Part shown: positions 50,106 to 61,000 of the stretch, one piece after another
Layout of the letters: each line of letters opens with the position of its first letter
Numbering within the stretch: the stretch's first letter is position 1
NCBI GenBank assembly: GCA_016218915.1
Contig: JACRCQ010000006.1
Location: forward strand, 114,964-178,963
Length of the DNA: 64,000 bases
Source of the DNA: Deltaproteobacteria bacterium
Lineage (GTDB): Bacteria > Myxococcota_A > Polyangia > Polyangiales > Polyangiaceae
Direction: 5' to 3'
Translations under genes and position numbers: made by a program
The notes under the pieces: generated by a model
What the model saw: the letters and a program-made list of their open reading frames with translations, nothing else
Database searches by the model: none
Told to the model about the DNA's origin: nothing

Positions 50106-52358
50106 CTATCGAGCCACGCGGCTGCCGATCCCTCGCACCCATTGCTCCAGGCGTTGCGGGGTGGGGAGCTCGGACAGAGGGATTGTGACGATCATCGCCC
50201 CTCGATCCCGCACGACCGCGCTCCCTGCCGGCGGTCGCTCTCCGAGCGCTTCGGTGAGCCACGCAAGCTCATCCGCTTCGAGCTTCGTACGGCCGATCTT
50301 TCTGCTCAACCAACCGATCAGGCCAGCCAGCTTCGAGTCCGCCGCCCCTGCATCCCTGTCTTGCACACCGACCGTCAGCTGCACGCTGCACCCCTCTTGC
50401 AGAGGCGTCACGCGCACGTGCAGCTCCACACCGGACCGCGATAGGCGCACACCGCACCCATCGGCATCGAGATCCGAGGCCCTCGGCGCATCGCGATATC
50501 CATGCATCTCGCGATGCTCTGCCAGCTTGTCGACGAGCGCCGTGACGGATGCGAGCGCGGCTTGCCGCTTGCGATCTCGCTTCTCGGCTCGGGTGAGCTC
50601 GCGGTCGGGCACCGGGATCAGAGCTGCGCTGCCGTGTGCGTAGCCAACCGCAAGCCTGCCATCGGGCGCGAACGCAACTTCGGTGGGAATCCCATGCTCA
50701 GGTCCCCACGTGCAACGGATCGCCCCGCGCTTCAGATCAAAGAGTGCCACGCTGCTTGCGTGGGACACGGCTGCGAGCACTCCCTCCGGACCCAGTGCGA
50801 TCCGCGATGGGGAGGCAAACGTGTGCTTCCCGACCTCGCGGCCGCCCGGCAGCTCCACGACGACGACGTCAGAGTCGACCCTGAAAGCGAGCCAGGGCGC
50901 ATCCGGCGCAAAAGACACCACCGGAGGTGTCGCTCCCTCGCGCGAGAACACTTCTCTGCAGGTCGAAAGCTGGTAGACCCTCAGGTCGCCCTGCACCCCG
51001 ACCGATGCGATCAGCTTTCCATCCGGAGATACTGCGAGCCCCGGCGATTCCAGCGTGCTCGTGCCCGCGTGCGACCTGATCTCCCTTGCCACGCGGCCGT
51101 CGTCCGGATCGCGCAGCACCACGCGGCCGTCCTGACCCATCGTCGCAATCGACGACCCGTCCGCCATCCATGCCACGGCTGTCACGTCTGCCCCGTCATG
51201 CGCCCGATCCACCACGAACCGCTCGCGAAACGTCCGCACATCGAAACACCGCAACGCGCCATCCCGCGCCCCGGACACGAGCGCATCGCCCTTGGGTGAG
51301 AAAGCCACCACCCTCACACCGTTGGAGTGACCACGAAACGTGTGCACGTGGCTGCCATCCAGCGTGCTCCACAACCGTATCGTCATGTCGAATCCGCCCG
51401 CGGTCGCGAGCAGCAATCCGTCGGGGGATACCGACAGCGCGCTGACCCCGTCGTCATGCCCCTCGCCCTCGGCAAGGCGATCGCCCGTGGACGCATCGAT
51501 GAATCCGATCGCGTGGTGGCCTGATTCCGCAATCAGACGCCCCTGGTCCACGAACGCGATCGCTGCGTCGTGCCCGCGCTTCGGCGTGCGCGAGAGGACC
51601 TGGCCTCCTGGAAACGCAAGCAAGCAGATCTCCCCATGGTTGAAGGCCACCGCAAGTCTCGAGCCATCAGGCGCCCAGATGAATGTGTCGAGGTTGTTGG
51701 GCAGCTCCATCGTCGACTCGATCGCTCCGTCGTGGCTCGCCACGAGGAGCTCGTCCGCGACCACCCGTCCAATCAACAACCGATCGTCGGTGGGGGAGAA
51801 CGCCACCTGCACGCCCGTGCCTTTGGAAGGGACCGGCACGGGTCGAGATCGTCCGCTTGCGACCTCGACGATCGCCGCGCTGTCCTCGAAGCCCATGGCC
51901 AGCCATCGCTCGTCGCGCGAGAACGACAGCGATCGCACCGTCTTGCCATGGTCTGCAATGCGCTGGACCGTCCTGGCAGACGACGCGTCGAGAATCTCCA
52001 CGCCAAAGGATTCCGACGGGCGTCCTGAGGCCGCGATCCACCGGTTGCGAGGTGCGATGGCGATCGGATACCCGAGCTCTCCACCCACGGCCTCAGGTTC
52101 CTTCTTGCTGAGATCCCAGCGGAACAATCGCGCATAGGCGAACCAGAGCTCGTCGTTGCTCGCGAACACGACCGAGCCGGCGCCTTGCCGGGCGCGCGCC
52201 ACGACCTTGCCGGTTGTGCGCTCCCAGACCACGATTTCATCGCCAAAGCCCGTGCCCGCGGCGATCAGCCTTCCATCGGGCGATGAGGCGATGCACGCCA
52301 CCGAGCCGGCCAGGCAGAAGGGACGATCGCCGATTCGTGTCAGGCCGGACATGGGCAC
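50106..52358 (-). CDS. WD40-repeat protein (about two propellers) with unknown C-terminal domain
   Basis: Recurrent SPDG..LA.....G.I.LW / GH...V..VAFSP.G blades (for example TFRGHSNGVRVVAFSPKGDALVSGARDGALRCFD). The last ~190 aa are non-WD. Confidence 0.85.
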   Translation of the reverse strand: MPMSGLTRIGDRPFCLAGSVACIASSPDGRLIAAGTGFGDEIVVWERTTGKVVARARQGAGSVVFASNDELWFAYARLFRWDLSKKEPEAVGGELGYPIAIAPRNRWIAASGRPSESFGVEILDASSARTVQRIADHGKTVRSLSFSRDERWLAMGFEDSAAIVEVASGRSRPVPVPSKGTGVQVAFSPTDDRLLIGRVVADELLVASHDGAIESTMELPNNLDTFIWAPDGSRLAVAFNHGEICLLAFPGGQVLSRTPKRGHDAAIAFVDQGRLIAESGHHAIGFIDASTGDRLAEGEGHDDGVSALSVSPDGLLLATAGGFDMTIRLWSTLDGSHVHTFRGHSNGVRVVAFSPKGDALVSGARDGALRCFDVRTFRERFVVDRAHDGADVTAVAWMADGSSIATMGQDGRVVLRDPDDGRVAREIRSHAGTSTLESPGLAVSPDGKLIASVGVQGDLRVYQLSTCREVFSREGATPPVVSFAPDAPWLAFRVDSDVVVVELPGGREVGKHTFASPSRIALGPEGVLAAVSHASSVALFDLKRGAIRCTWGPEHGIPTEVAFAPDGRLAVGYAHGSAALIPVPDRELTRAEKRDRKRQAALASVTALVDKLAEHREMHGYRDAPRASDLDADGCGVRLSRSGVELHVRVTPLQEGCSVQLTVGVQDRDAGAADSKLAGLIGWLSRKIGRTKLEADELAWLTEALGERPPAGSAVVRDRGAMIVTIPLSELPTPQRLEQWVRGIGSRVAR

Positions 52359-52379
52359 CTGGAATCAGAAGCGTCGGGG

Positions 52380-52937
52380 TCAGGTCCCCTTGCCCATGGC
52401 GATGTGCACGGGCTTCGGGGCGCCAGCGGGCCAATTGACGAAGACGGCTGCGTTGCCTTCGGTGCGGTAGATTTTCGCAGTGATCACCACACCGCGGCGG
52501 AGACGCACGATGTAGTCGGCATACTTGCCAGGCACGACCGACTCGAAATGCTCCACGTTCTGCGTGCCGAAGCCCTGCTTCTCGTCCACGCGCAGCACAT
52601 CGCCTTCGCAGTGGATCTTGAGCCACTCGCGCACGACCTTCTGAAAGCAGTTCGATGCGCGCGAGTTGATCTCCTGGGTGTTGACATGGACGGCGTTCGA
52701 CCATTCCGCGACGGTGGGTGGATTGGACCTTCCCTCTGGAATGTCCGGGATCCCGTCCGCAGATGCGGGTGTGGGCGTGGTGGTCTTCTGGAACGGCTTC
52801 TGCGGCGTGGGGCTGATCGGCGTGGGATCCGGAGAGGCCGCAGGCTCCTTGTGCGAGTCGTTGCTGGAAGGCACGGTGCAGCAGCCGGCTGCGGCCAAAG
52901 CGACAGCGGCGCCCAGGAAAACCGAAGCTGCGTTCAT
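52380..52937 (-). CDS. hypothetical lipoprotein
   Basis: MNAASVFLGAAVALAAAGCC lipobox, Pro/Thr-rich tether and a ~100-aa globular domain. 21 nt upstream of the WD40 gene on the same strand. Confidence 0.68.
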   Translation of the reverse strand: MNAASVFLGAAVALAAAGCCTVPSSNDSHKEPAASPDPTPISPTPQKPFQKTTTPTPASADGIPDIPEGRSNPPTVAEWSNAVHVNTQEINSRASNCFQKVVREWLKIHCEGDVLRVDEKQGFGTQNVEHFESVVPGKYADYIVRLRRGVVITAKIYRTEGNAAVFVNWPAGAPKPVHIAMGKGT

Positions 52938-52984
52938 CCTGCGAGACTAGGCGTGGTCCGATGGAGGCATCAAGCGAAGAAGGC

Positions 52985-53557
52985 TCAGTGCAGCTTCTTG
53001 AGAAGCCAGGCCATGTTCTCTCCCAGCACCTTCATCGTCTGGATGCCCTCCAGATCGTTCTCCACGTCGCCTTTCTGCAGTCCCACTCCCACGTTCCAGT
53101 AGCTGGATCCGGGAACGATCATCTGGCTGATCGTGAACAGGTGGTTCATCGTGTCAAAGGCATGGGTGGAGCCCGCTCGACGTACCGCAACCACCGCAGC
53201 GCCCACCTTTCGCTTGAACATGTCGTCATTGGCCTTGGCGACGTAGCCGCAGCGATCGATGAGCGCCTTCATCTCGGTCGACACGTCGGTGAAGTAGGTC
53301 GGCGAGCCGAGCAGGATGCCGTCGGCTGCGAGCATCTTCTCGATGCAGCCGTTGATGATGTCGTCGTTGCGCGTGCAGCGCTGGTTCTTGGTCTTCCAGC
53401 ACTTGTTGCATCCAAGGCAGCCGTGGATGCTCTGCCCTGCGAGGTGCACCACCTCGGTTTCGATCCCTTCCTTCTCCAGCTCTGCCAGCACGTGGCGGAT
53501 CAGGATGGAGGTGTTCCCTTCCTTGCGTGCGCTGCCGTTGAATGCGACGACCTTCAT
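52985..53557 (-). CDS. iron-sulfur flavoprotein-like NADPH-dependent FMN reductase family protein
   Basis: ORF trimmed to M44 with GAAAGG upstream. MKVVAFNGSARKEGNTS flavodoxin-like start. Compact CLGCNKCWKTKNQRC (CxxCxxCx7C) cluster as in Isf proteins. LGSPTYF motif. Confidence 0.82.
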   Translation of the reverse strand: MKVVAFNGSARKEGNTSILIRHVLAELEKEGIETEVVHLAGQSIHGCLGCNKCWKTKNQRCTRNDDIINGCIEKMLAADGILLGSPTYFTDVSTEMKALIDRCGYVAKANDDMFKRKVGAAVVAVRRAGSTHAFDTMNHLFTISQMIVPGSSYWNVGVGLQKGDVENDLEGIQTMKVLGENMAWLLKKLH

Positions 53558-53640
53558 GGTTTGTTGCCTTTCTGAGCTGCGGACCTTGCTAGAATCGCGG
53601 GTCGGAGTCCAGCCGCATCTGTGAGGAACGGAGGCCGCGA

Positions 53641-54330
53641 TTGAGGAGCCGGAAGGCGCGAACCAGGATGCAGGGAATGGCTGCAATGGCCGCGATGCTC
53701 AGCGTGGCTGCGTTGGCGAACCGTGCGGAATCCCAGGAGCGACCCCGCAAGCGCAACGACGTGGGCGTGCTCGTTCCGGGGATCACCTATGTGTACGGCT
53801 CGCAGCGCGGGGCTGGGGTGATGTCCGGGTTCGGGCTGGAGGTATCGTGGATGCAGCGAGCTCCGTGGGCAGAGGCTGCTCCGGTGCTGGGCTTTCTGGG
53901 ACCGGTTCTCCAGGCCGGAGTGCAAGGGGCAGGCGATGCGCTGTCATCGAACGGAGACTGGAAGCAGGATCACGGGCGCTTCATGCTCGGCGGCCAGATC
54001 GGCTCGCTGGTGGGTCTGGAGCTTGGGCCGAGCCTGCGAACCGGCACGTCGACGCATGCCCCGACACTGGCAGCGCATCTTGCGCCGTACCTGACGCTCG
54101 GCATCGTGGGAGTGTCAGGATGGTTCGAGCTATTCCCGACAGCGCTCAGGAGCGGAGAGGCGCACGGCGCCTACGCGGGTATCACGTTGCTGATCAAGCT
54201 TCCGCTGTTCGTTGCCAGCGACCATGTGAACGTGCTCTTCCCGAGCGACTGGTTCGGGCCAGGACCACGCCCGCCGCCTCCACGAGCACCTGCGTCACCG
54301 CCGCCAGAGCCGTTGCAGATCGCCCAATGA
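53641..54330 (+). CDS. hypothetical secreted Gly-rich protein
   Basis: TTG start 6 nt after a GGAGG. MRSRKARTRMQGMAAMAAMLSVAALANRAES signal peptide. Gly/Leu-rich body and Pro-rich tail. An alternative ATG lies at 53668. Confidence 0.55.
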   Translation: MRSRKARTRMQGMAAMAAMLSVAALANRAESQERPRKRNDVGVLVPGITYVYGSQRGAGVMSGFGLEVSWMQRAPWAEAAPVLGFLGPVLQAGVQGAGDALSSNGDWKQDHGRFMLGGQIGSLVGLELGPSLRTGTSTHAPTLAAHLAPYLTLGIVGVSGWFELFPTALRSGEAHGAYAGITLLIKLPLFVASDHVNVLFPSDWFGPGPRPPPPRAPASPPPEPLQIAQ

Positions 54331-54495
54331 CGCGACGCTCCAGGAACCTCCGAGACATTTCCATCTTCAGGTCGATTTTGGGTCGATGACGTGTAACGAT
54401 CCGCCGGCGTCAGGGACTGTGCGCTGAAAACGTGAGGATGCGCTACGTCACGTGGCGCCCACGCACAGGGGTTGGAATCGAACGGAGGTTGGATC

Positions 54496-55260
54496 ATGGC
54501 GGAAGCTACCTGGAGTCCGGGTCGTCTGGTTTGGTACGAGCTCTACACGCCGGATGTCGCGAAGTCGAAGGCGTTCTACGAGGCCGTCGCTGGCTGGAAG
54601 GTGACCGAAAGCGACATGGGGTCGATGAAGTACACCATGGCGAACGTGGGAGAAAAGCCGATCGCAGGCTTCATGCCCCTGTCGGTCATTCCCATGCAGG
54701 GAGTGCCTCCGTTCTGGATGGCCTACGTGTCGGTGCCCAGCGTGGACGAGGCGGCTGCCGGGGCCAAAAGCCACGGCGGCAAAGTGCTGATGGAACCCAC
54801 GGACATCCCGCATGTCGGGCGGTTCGCGGTGTTGCAGGATGCACAAGGAGCAGTCATCTCCGCGTTCAAGGGCACGGACGGAGACGGAGCCGAAGTGGAG
54901 CGTCCCCCGGTTGGCACGTTCTGCTGGTCCGGGTTGAACACCACGGACCTGGATGCAGCGGCGGCCTTCTACGCGAGAGTGTTTGGCTGGACCAAGGGCA
55001 CGTTCATGGGCAATGCCGAAATGCCCGTGTTCCTTCGCGGACAGGTTCCTGCTGCAGGGATGATGAAAGCGCCGCCCGGCGTGCCTCCGCACTGGCTCAA
55101 CCACATCCTCGTCGCAGATCTCGCCGCTGCCCGCACCAAGGCCGTGGGGCTCGGCGCCAAGGTGATGATGGACAACATCGCCGTGCCCGGCATCGGAACC
55201 TTCTGCGTGATCACGGACAACGTCGGCGCAGCGATCGCGTTGTTCCAGGGCACCGCGTAG
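54496..55260 (+). CDS. VOC-family (glyoxalase/bleomycin-resistance fold) two-domain protein
   Basis: ORF 54472 trimmed to the ATG at 54496, 7 nt after a GGAGG. Duplicated pattern VWYELYTPDVAKSKAFYEAVAGW and FCWSGLNTTDLDAAAAFYARVFGW, each followed by G.F....D..GA....F. Confidence 0.82.
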   Translation: MAEATWSPGRLVWYELYTPDVAKSKAFYEAVAGWKVTESDMGSMKYTMANVGEKPIAGFMPLSVIPMQGVPPFWMAYVSVPSVDEAAAGAKSHGGKVLMEPTDIPHVGRFAVLQDAQGAVISAFKGTDGDGAEVERPPVGTFCWSGLNTTDLDAAAAFYARVFGWTKGTFMGNAEMPVFLRGQVPAAGMMKAPPGVPPHWLNHILVADLAAARTKAVGLGAKVMMDNIAVPGIGTFCVITDNVGAAIALFQGTA

Positions 55261-55330
55261 CGCACCCGCCTTCGCTTGCCCGCCCTGCGCTGTTCGCGTA
55301 CCGTCGTGGGCACGTGCGGAGGTGACCACC

Positions 55331-56428
55331 ATGAAGCTCACGCCCTTTCTTGCTGCAGCAGCGGCAATCCTCATCGCCTCGTGCGGAGGCTCGAACGACG
55401 CGCTGGATGGGCCGAGCGGCCCGGCCATGGGAGGGGGTGCCGGAGCGGCGGGCAGCGCAGGGGGCGGCACGGGTGGAGCGGGTGGCACGAGCGAGCCGCA
55501 GGACGCAGGCGACAGCGGCGAGGATGGGAGCAATCCCGATGCGCCGCCTGGCAAAACCGCAGAAGAAGCGTGCAAGACGTATGTCGGAGCCTACTGCTCG
55601 CAGCTCGGCAAGTGCTCGCCGATCTACCTGCAGCTGATCTGGAAGGATGCTGCCGCTTGCGAGGCCAGCCTGGTGCCGGTGTGCGTCAAGTCGCTCGGCC
55701 TGCCTGATACCGCGAAGACTCCGGAGTTCACGGCGAGCTGTGGAGAGGCGATTGGCGCGCTCGACTGCTCGAGCTTCATGGGAAGGAAGGTTCCCGCCTC
55801 GTGCAATCCGCCTACCGGACCGCGCGCGGACGGAGCAGCGTGCGGAGAAGATGGGCAATGCGCGAACGGATACTGCGCGACACCCCTGGACCAAGCGTGC
55901 GGAACGTGCGCGAGCCGGGCGGCTGAGGACCAGGATTGCGACCGCGACGACGACTGCGCGTTCGGGCTCATCTGCTCGAAGGACAACAAGTGCACGCCGT
56001 ACGTCGCCAAGGGCGGCGGGTGCGACGAGAACCATCCATGCGAGCCCGGGCTGTCGTGCAAGGGAGCCGTGGGCCCCACGAAGGGGAGCTGCACGGATCC
56101 TGCGGGACCAGGACAGGCGTGTGACACGCAGCAGATCGCATTGCCCGGTTGCGATCTCAACGCCGGCTACTTCTGCCATCTCGTCACGCACGTCTGCCAG
56201 AAGATGGACCTGTCGCAGGCAGGGGAGGCGTGCGGCGTGGTGAACAACGGATACTCGGCGTGCACGCAGAGCTCGATGTGCAAGACGAATGGAGGAATGA
56301 GCGGCACTTGTCTTGCCCCGGCCAACAGCGGCGACGCGTGCGACCTGGTGGATGGCCCCTATTGCGTGCCACCTTTGCGCTGCGTCGGCAACGTGTGCAC
56401 AGAGCTCGATCCGGCCGGCTGCAAGTAG
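55331..56428 (+). CDS. Cys-rich lipoprotein
   Basis: ATG 8 nt after a GCGGAGG (the track start at 55322 is an upstream GTG). MKLTPFLAAAAAILIASCGG lipobox, Gly tether and repeated DGAACGEDGQCANGYC / DQDCDRDDDCAFGLIC-type knots. Confidence 0.8.
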   Translation: MKLTPFLAAAAAILIASCGGSNDALDGPSGPAMGGGAGAAGSAGGGTGGAGGTSEPQDAGDSGEDGSNPDAPPGKTAEEACKTYVGAYCSQLGKCSPIYLQLIWKDAAACEASLVPVCVKSLGLPDTAKTPEFTASCGEAIGALDCSSFMGRKVPASCNPPTGPRADGAACGEDGQCANGYCATPLDQACGTCASRAAEDQDCDRDDDCAFGLICSKDNKCTPYVAKGGGCDENHPCEPGLSCKGAVGPTKGSCTDPAGPGQACDTQQIALPGCDLNAGYFCHLVTHVCQKMDLSQAGEACGVVNNGYSACTQSSMCKTNGGMSGTCLAPANSGDACDLVDGPYCVPPLRCVGNVCTELDPAGCK

Positions 56429-57889
56429 TCAGTCCGGCAGCATGCACGCGAACTTGGCAAGATAGACCCTCCGCTGCATTCCTGCGTACTCGGACCAGGC
56501 CACCATGACCTCAGGGTTGATCGGGTGCGCGAGCGCAGCCACCTCGCCGGTGAGCTGCCCTGTGGCGCTCAGCTCTGCCATTGCGTCGATCGCCCCGTCC
56601 ATCGCGTACAAGCGCAGCCTGAGCTGCGTCACCGGCCCTGGGACACCCCCGAGCGCGTAGACGATCAGCGGTTGCCCCCGCAAGCTCGTGAGCGCCGGGG
56701 CGTGGTAGAGCTCCTGCCCATCCACGATGCTGGTCGGAGCCACAATCTGGTTGCCGGCTGCATCCACGCGAACCAGCTGCAATGGGGGAGGAACCTCAGC
56801 GTTCAACCCCTCGAATGCATATGCGATCCATCCGCCTTCATCGCCAGCGGACGTCATGGACAGGTAGCGCACCGCATCTCCGGGCAGCTTCGCTGTCCAG
56901 GGCAGCCCGGCGTAGCCCCCGCCCGGACCACCGGTGTATCCGAGCTCGATCGTGTCCGGCGAAGTGACCACGCCATTGTCGTCAGCGCACGTCCCAAACT
57001 CGCGGCTCGAGGAGAACCCGAAGATCCATCCTCCGCCCGACGGGATGGAATCAGCGACCAACGGCATGGTGCCGCAGCCGACCATCGTCGATAGAGTCAT
57101 GGGCGGGTTCGTCTGCGCAGACATCGCGAGCTGGAAATACCAGAGGGAATCGAATCCGTACTGATGCCCGATGAGCCACCGGTCCTGTGCGCGGGTCACG
57201 AACGATGCGCGCTGCGTCTGCCCGGCTGATTCGAGTGCGGTGTTGTTCACCGAAGAGCTCGCGGTGTCCACGCTGACCGCCGGGTTGTAGAACACGGTCG
57301 TGGGCTGGGATGCAGGGGGCGACGGAGTACCGGGATACGCCACGGCGAGCTGGCCGTCCGCTGCGCCCTTTGCGATCCGGACGAGCTCAGGCCCGACCAC
57401 GAAGGGGGCCTGCGGCGGCGCTGACAGAGACTTGCTCGGCCATGGGCTCCAGGACTTGAGCGCAGCGATGTGGAGCTGGACCGGAGGATAGGAGGGTCCT
57501 TCGTCCGGTTGCTCCATCAGGCCGAGGGCGACCTGGTTGCCGTCGTCGCTGGCAAACGACAGCAGGGGATTCAACTGGCTCTTGTACGAGTCGCCCTGAA
57601 CCTCGAGCGTGTCGCCGACCTGGACGAGCCCCTGGCAGTCGAAGCCTGCGGCTCCTGCCTTTCCAGCCGTGCCGCCGCTGCCCGCCTGGCCCGCAGCGCC
57701 GCCTTTTGCGCTGGAACCTGCTGAGCCTCCTTGCCCGCTCGCGCCGCCGACGCCTGCTGAGCCGCCCGCGCCTGCTGAGCCGCCTGTGCTGTTCAGCGTT
57801 TCATTCGTCAATTCCACAGTACCGCCGCAAGCGACTTGCAGCAGCGCCGTGGCTCCCACGAGGATACCGAGCCGGAGGATCGAGGCCAT
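56429..57889 (-). CDS. hypothetical lipoprotein
   Basis: ORF 56429..58117 trimmed to M77 (MASILRLGILVGATALLQVACGG). GGSAGAGGSAG tether and a ~400-aa unknown domain. Its stop abuts the stop of the convergent gene. Confidence 0.7.
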   Translation of the reverse strand: MASILRLGILVGATALLQVACGGTVELTNETLNSTGGSAGAGGSAGVGGASGQGGSAGSSAKGGAAGQAGSGGTAGKAGAAGFDCQGLVQVGDTLEVQGDSYKSQLNPLLSFASDDGNQVALGLMEQPDEGPSYPPVQLHIAALKSWSPWPSKSLSAPPQAPFVVGPELVRIAKGAADGQLAVAYPGTPSPPASQPTTVFYNPAVSVDTASSSVNNTALESAGQTQRASFVTRAQDRWLIGHQYGFDSLWYFQLAMSAQTNPPMTLSTMVGCGTMPLVADSIPSGGGWIFGFSSSREFGTCADDNGVVTSPDTIELGYTGGPGGGYAGLPWTAKLPGDAVRYLSMTSAGDEGGWIAYAFEGLNAEVPPPLQLVRVDAAGNQIVAPTSIVDGQELYHAPALTSLRGQPLIVYALGGVPGPVTQLRLRLYAMDGAIDAMAELSATGQLTGEVAALAHPINPEVMVAWSEYAGMQRRVYLAKFACMLPD

Positions 57890-57911
57890 GGATTTCACCC
57901 GGCGCCTGCTT

Positions 57912-57928
57912 CGCACGGATCGTGCCAG
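57912..57928 (-). promoter_or_regulatory. candidate sigma-54 (-24/-12) promoter for the 56429..57889 gene
   Basis: The minus strand reads CTGGCACGATCCGTGCG against the consensus TGGCACG-N4-TTGCW (GG and GC elements correctly spaced, -12 is GTGC rather than TTGC). It lies about 25 nt upstream of the ATG at 57889. Confidence 0.3.
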
Positions 57929-58019
57929 GCAGCAGTCGCAGAAAACCCCGGCGCATGAATCATTCCGACTGTGCCAACCGCGGCACACCTTCGTTGCGTC
58001 GCGACAATTCTGGCAGCCT

Positions 58020-61000
58020 CTACCTCCAGAACCCGCCAGCGCCCCACGCACCGATCTTGTCCAGTCCAATGCCCACACCCCATCCGCTCGGCACGAGCGT
58101 GACCGCACCTGTGGCAACGGTCTGCTCCACGCCGGCCCGGGCGAAGTCGTACTTGCCCTTGGCGTTGATGGCGCGCACCTCTACGTTGCCCTTCGCATCC
58201 TGGGCGCCGCCCACCAGCATCACCCGGTAGGTTCCGTCGAGGAGCCCGGAGAATGCAACGGAAACGCGGCTCGATCGCGCTTCGGCCGGCGTCCACGGGG
58301 ACAGCACGGTCCCGCGCGGAGTGATCACGATCACCTGCGGGCAATCGGTCACGCCTGCATCGCAGCTGACCTTGGCCTCGAACCGACCACCATCTGCATT
58401 GACCGCATCGTAGGCAGGGACATCGCCTGATTCGAGCCTGGGCAGGAGCGCAGCGATCAGCTTGCCAGGCTTGTCGATCGCTTTCGCGTCCGCGAGCGCA
58501 GCTTCCCTGTCGCCCATCACGCGCCCGCGGCAGCGCAATGCCTCTGCCACGGCCTCCTCGTTCTTGGGGGCGAGCTCTGCGAGCGATCGCCAGTGCGCGC
58601 AAGCCCGTCGCTCGTCGCCGATCGACTCGAATGCCCGCGCCGCGCGCACGTGGACCTTCACGCTCCTGGCATCGGTCTCGGACAGGGCATCCACAGCGGC
58701 CACGGCGGTCTTCCCATCGCCGAGGACGGCGGCTGCATACGACAGAAGCTCCCTGGCAATGGGAAGATCCGGATCGAGCTCCACGAAGGTCTTGGCAGCA
58801 GCGAGCGCATCGACGAACCTTCCTCTGCGGAGCAGCCCGCGGATCAGCGCTTCGTGGGCCTTGCGGCTCTTGTCCGCATCTGCCACGGCCTTGCGAAGCT
58901 TGCCGAGCTCGTCGTCTCCCTCGCTCCTCCAGGTTTCGTTGCCCACCTTCAGGATGGCCGCGTCCGCTTCGGGCGCATCGTAGACCACGCGCGGGGGCGG
59001 AGGAGGCGGCGGGAGCGGCGAGGTGCTTCCAGAATTCGTCAGCGTGATCGGAATGGTGATCGTGGCCTGCCCTCCCTCTGGAGGCTCGAACTGCGCGCTG
59101 CGCGCGCGAGCCGCCATGCACGCGGTCGTGCTGCTGTCGATGCTCCCTGCCGGAACGGCGTTGGCAGACACGACCTGGCCGTTCGCTCCGATGCGCAGGA
59201 TGAGCCGCACTGCGCCTTGCATGTCGGGGTTCATGGCGAGCCCGCGGTTGTAGCAGGCCCTGAACCCTGCGCGCATGCCGGCGACCACGCGCGCCGCGTT
59301 GGAGACGGTGCCACCTGTGACGGTCGCGCTCGCAGAAGCGTTGCCGCGTGGAGCAGCCACCTTGGTCTCCGAGCTTCCCACAGCCGTGCCGCCCGTGTTG
59401 CCGATTCCAGCGAGCCCGCCGCCAGCAGCTCCAGGTGTGATGGCGCCGCCGCCGCCGCCGAACACGTCCGCGGCCGGGGACTTGTCTGCGGCTTTCGCGG
59501 CAGCTTGGGCAGAGGGACCTGCGCCGAATCCCGAGTCGGTCTGGTCCCCTTCCTTTCGCGTGGTGCGCTGGATGCCGAACTCGGCGAACATCTGCTCGTT
59601 CTCGAGCACCAGCAGCGACGTGTGACGCGACATCACGTGGAAGCGCCTGGACAGGTCCACGACCTCCTTGATCGCAGACGCCTCCGGCGACCCCTGAAGC
59701 TCGGCAATTCGGGTTTGCGCCCACAGCCGCGGCACCAGCGGATTCTGGCTCGACGCCTGCTCTGCCCACGCGAGCGGACGACGCAGCGAGAACACCTTGT
59801 CGCCCAGCCTGCCCGTGAGCTTCACCTCACCCGCGGCTGGTGCCGCGAGCCTTCCTACCACCACGACTTCCTGTCCGAGCCGCAGGTTGGGAAGGACCCG
59901 TGGGTAGATCTCCGTGAACGCAGGGGGCAGCTCGACCGCTGCAGCGGTCACCACCGGCTTGCGCAACCCCTGCGCGATGTCGTCGATCCGATCGTCGAGC
60001 GACTCCCCTGTGATCACGCGCTCGTAGCTTGCCCCCAGCGTGCTGGCGACTCCGAGCAGCACCACCTCGTCGACGCTGCGCCCAGCGCCCAGAAGCCGCA
60101 GGTCCACCTTCTTGCGGCTGAGCGCGGCGCCAACGCGCGCAGAGAGCTTTTCGAAGGAGAGCTCACCGGACGTGGGCGCGCCATCGCCGATGTACACGAT
60201 CTGACCTGCGCCGTTGGGCTCGAGACGCTCCGCTGCCTGCAGCAAGGCCCCGGCAGGATCCGACGATCCAGAGGGCGCGAGCTTGGACAACCAGCCGTTG
60301 GCTGACGCCAGCTCCGATGCAGAAATTCCGGACAGCCCCTTTTCCGGATAGGTCGTGCAGGCGCTGTCACACGCCAGAAGCACGAACTTCTCATCAGGAT
60401 CCATCTGGGCGAGCACGCCGGACACGAGCCTCGCTTCGCCTTGCAGCGTGTCCTTGGACTGGCTGTGGCTCGTGTCGATCACGAACGCGCGATCACGTCG
60501 CGTGAACGCTGGAGCAGGCAGATCAGCAGGAGGCTCCACCACCAGGCGCGCTGCAAAGTACCCCTTGCCAGGCCCCAGGTCCGCCAGCGTCTTGGCGGCC
60601 ACCTTCAGCTTGTCGTCCGCGAATTCACCCCAAGCGGGAACGTAGGCGGAGATGTCGGCCGCTGGCGTCGGCTCCCGCTCGTAGCTGAGCGTGAAGTCGC
60701 GCGCAGGCGCAAATGCCTTGGCTTCGAACGTGAGCGTGGCGCGCTTGGGATCCAGCGTACCCCGCGTGGCGTATCCGGGAGTCCGCAGGTCGCGGACCTG
60801 CGTGCGCGTGTCGGTCAGCGTCACGTCCATGGAGAACTGGCCGATGCGGACCGCTCGATCCGCGCCCAACGACAGCGGGTAGGTATACCGGACTCTGCCC
60901 CCTTCCTCGGACAAGGCCTGGTTGTAGGCCAGCACGACCTTCCTGCTCCCCTTGGCAGGAATGGGGAAGATCTTGAGCGAGAAGTCTGCACCCGACACCC

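Noticed and set aside
58593-60305. 570-aa plus-strand ORF, and 60441..61640, antisense to the VIT-VWA gene
   Set aside because: Same high-GC antisense artefact, with no motifs.
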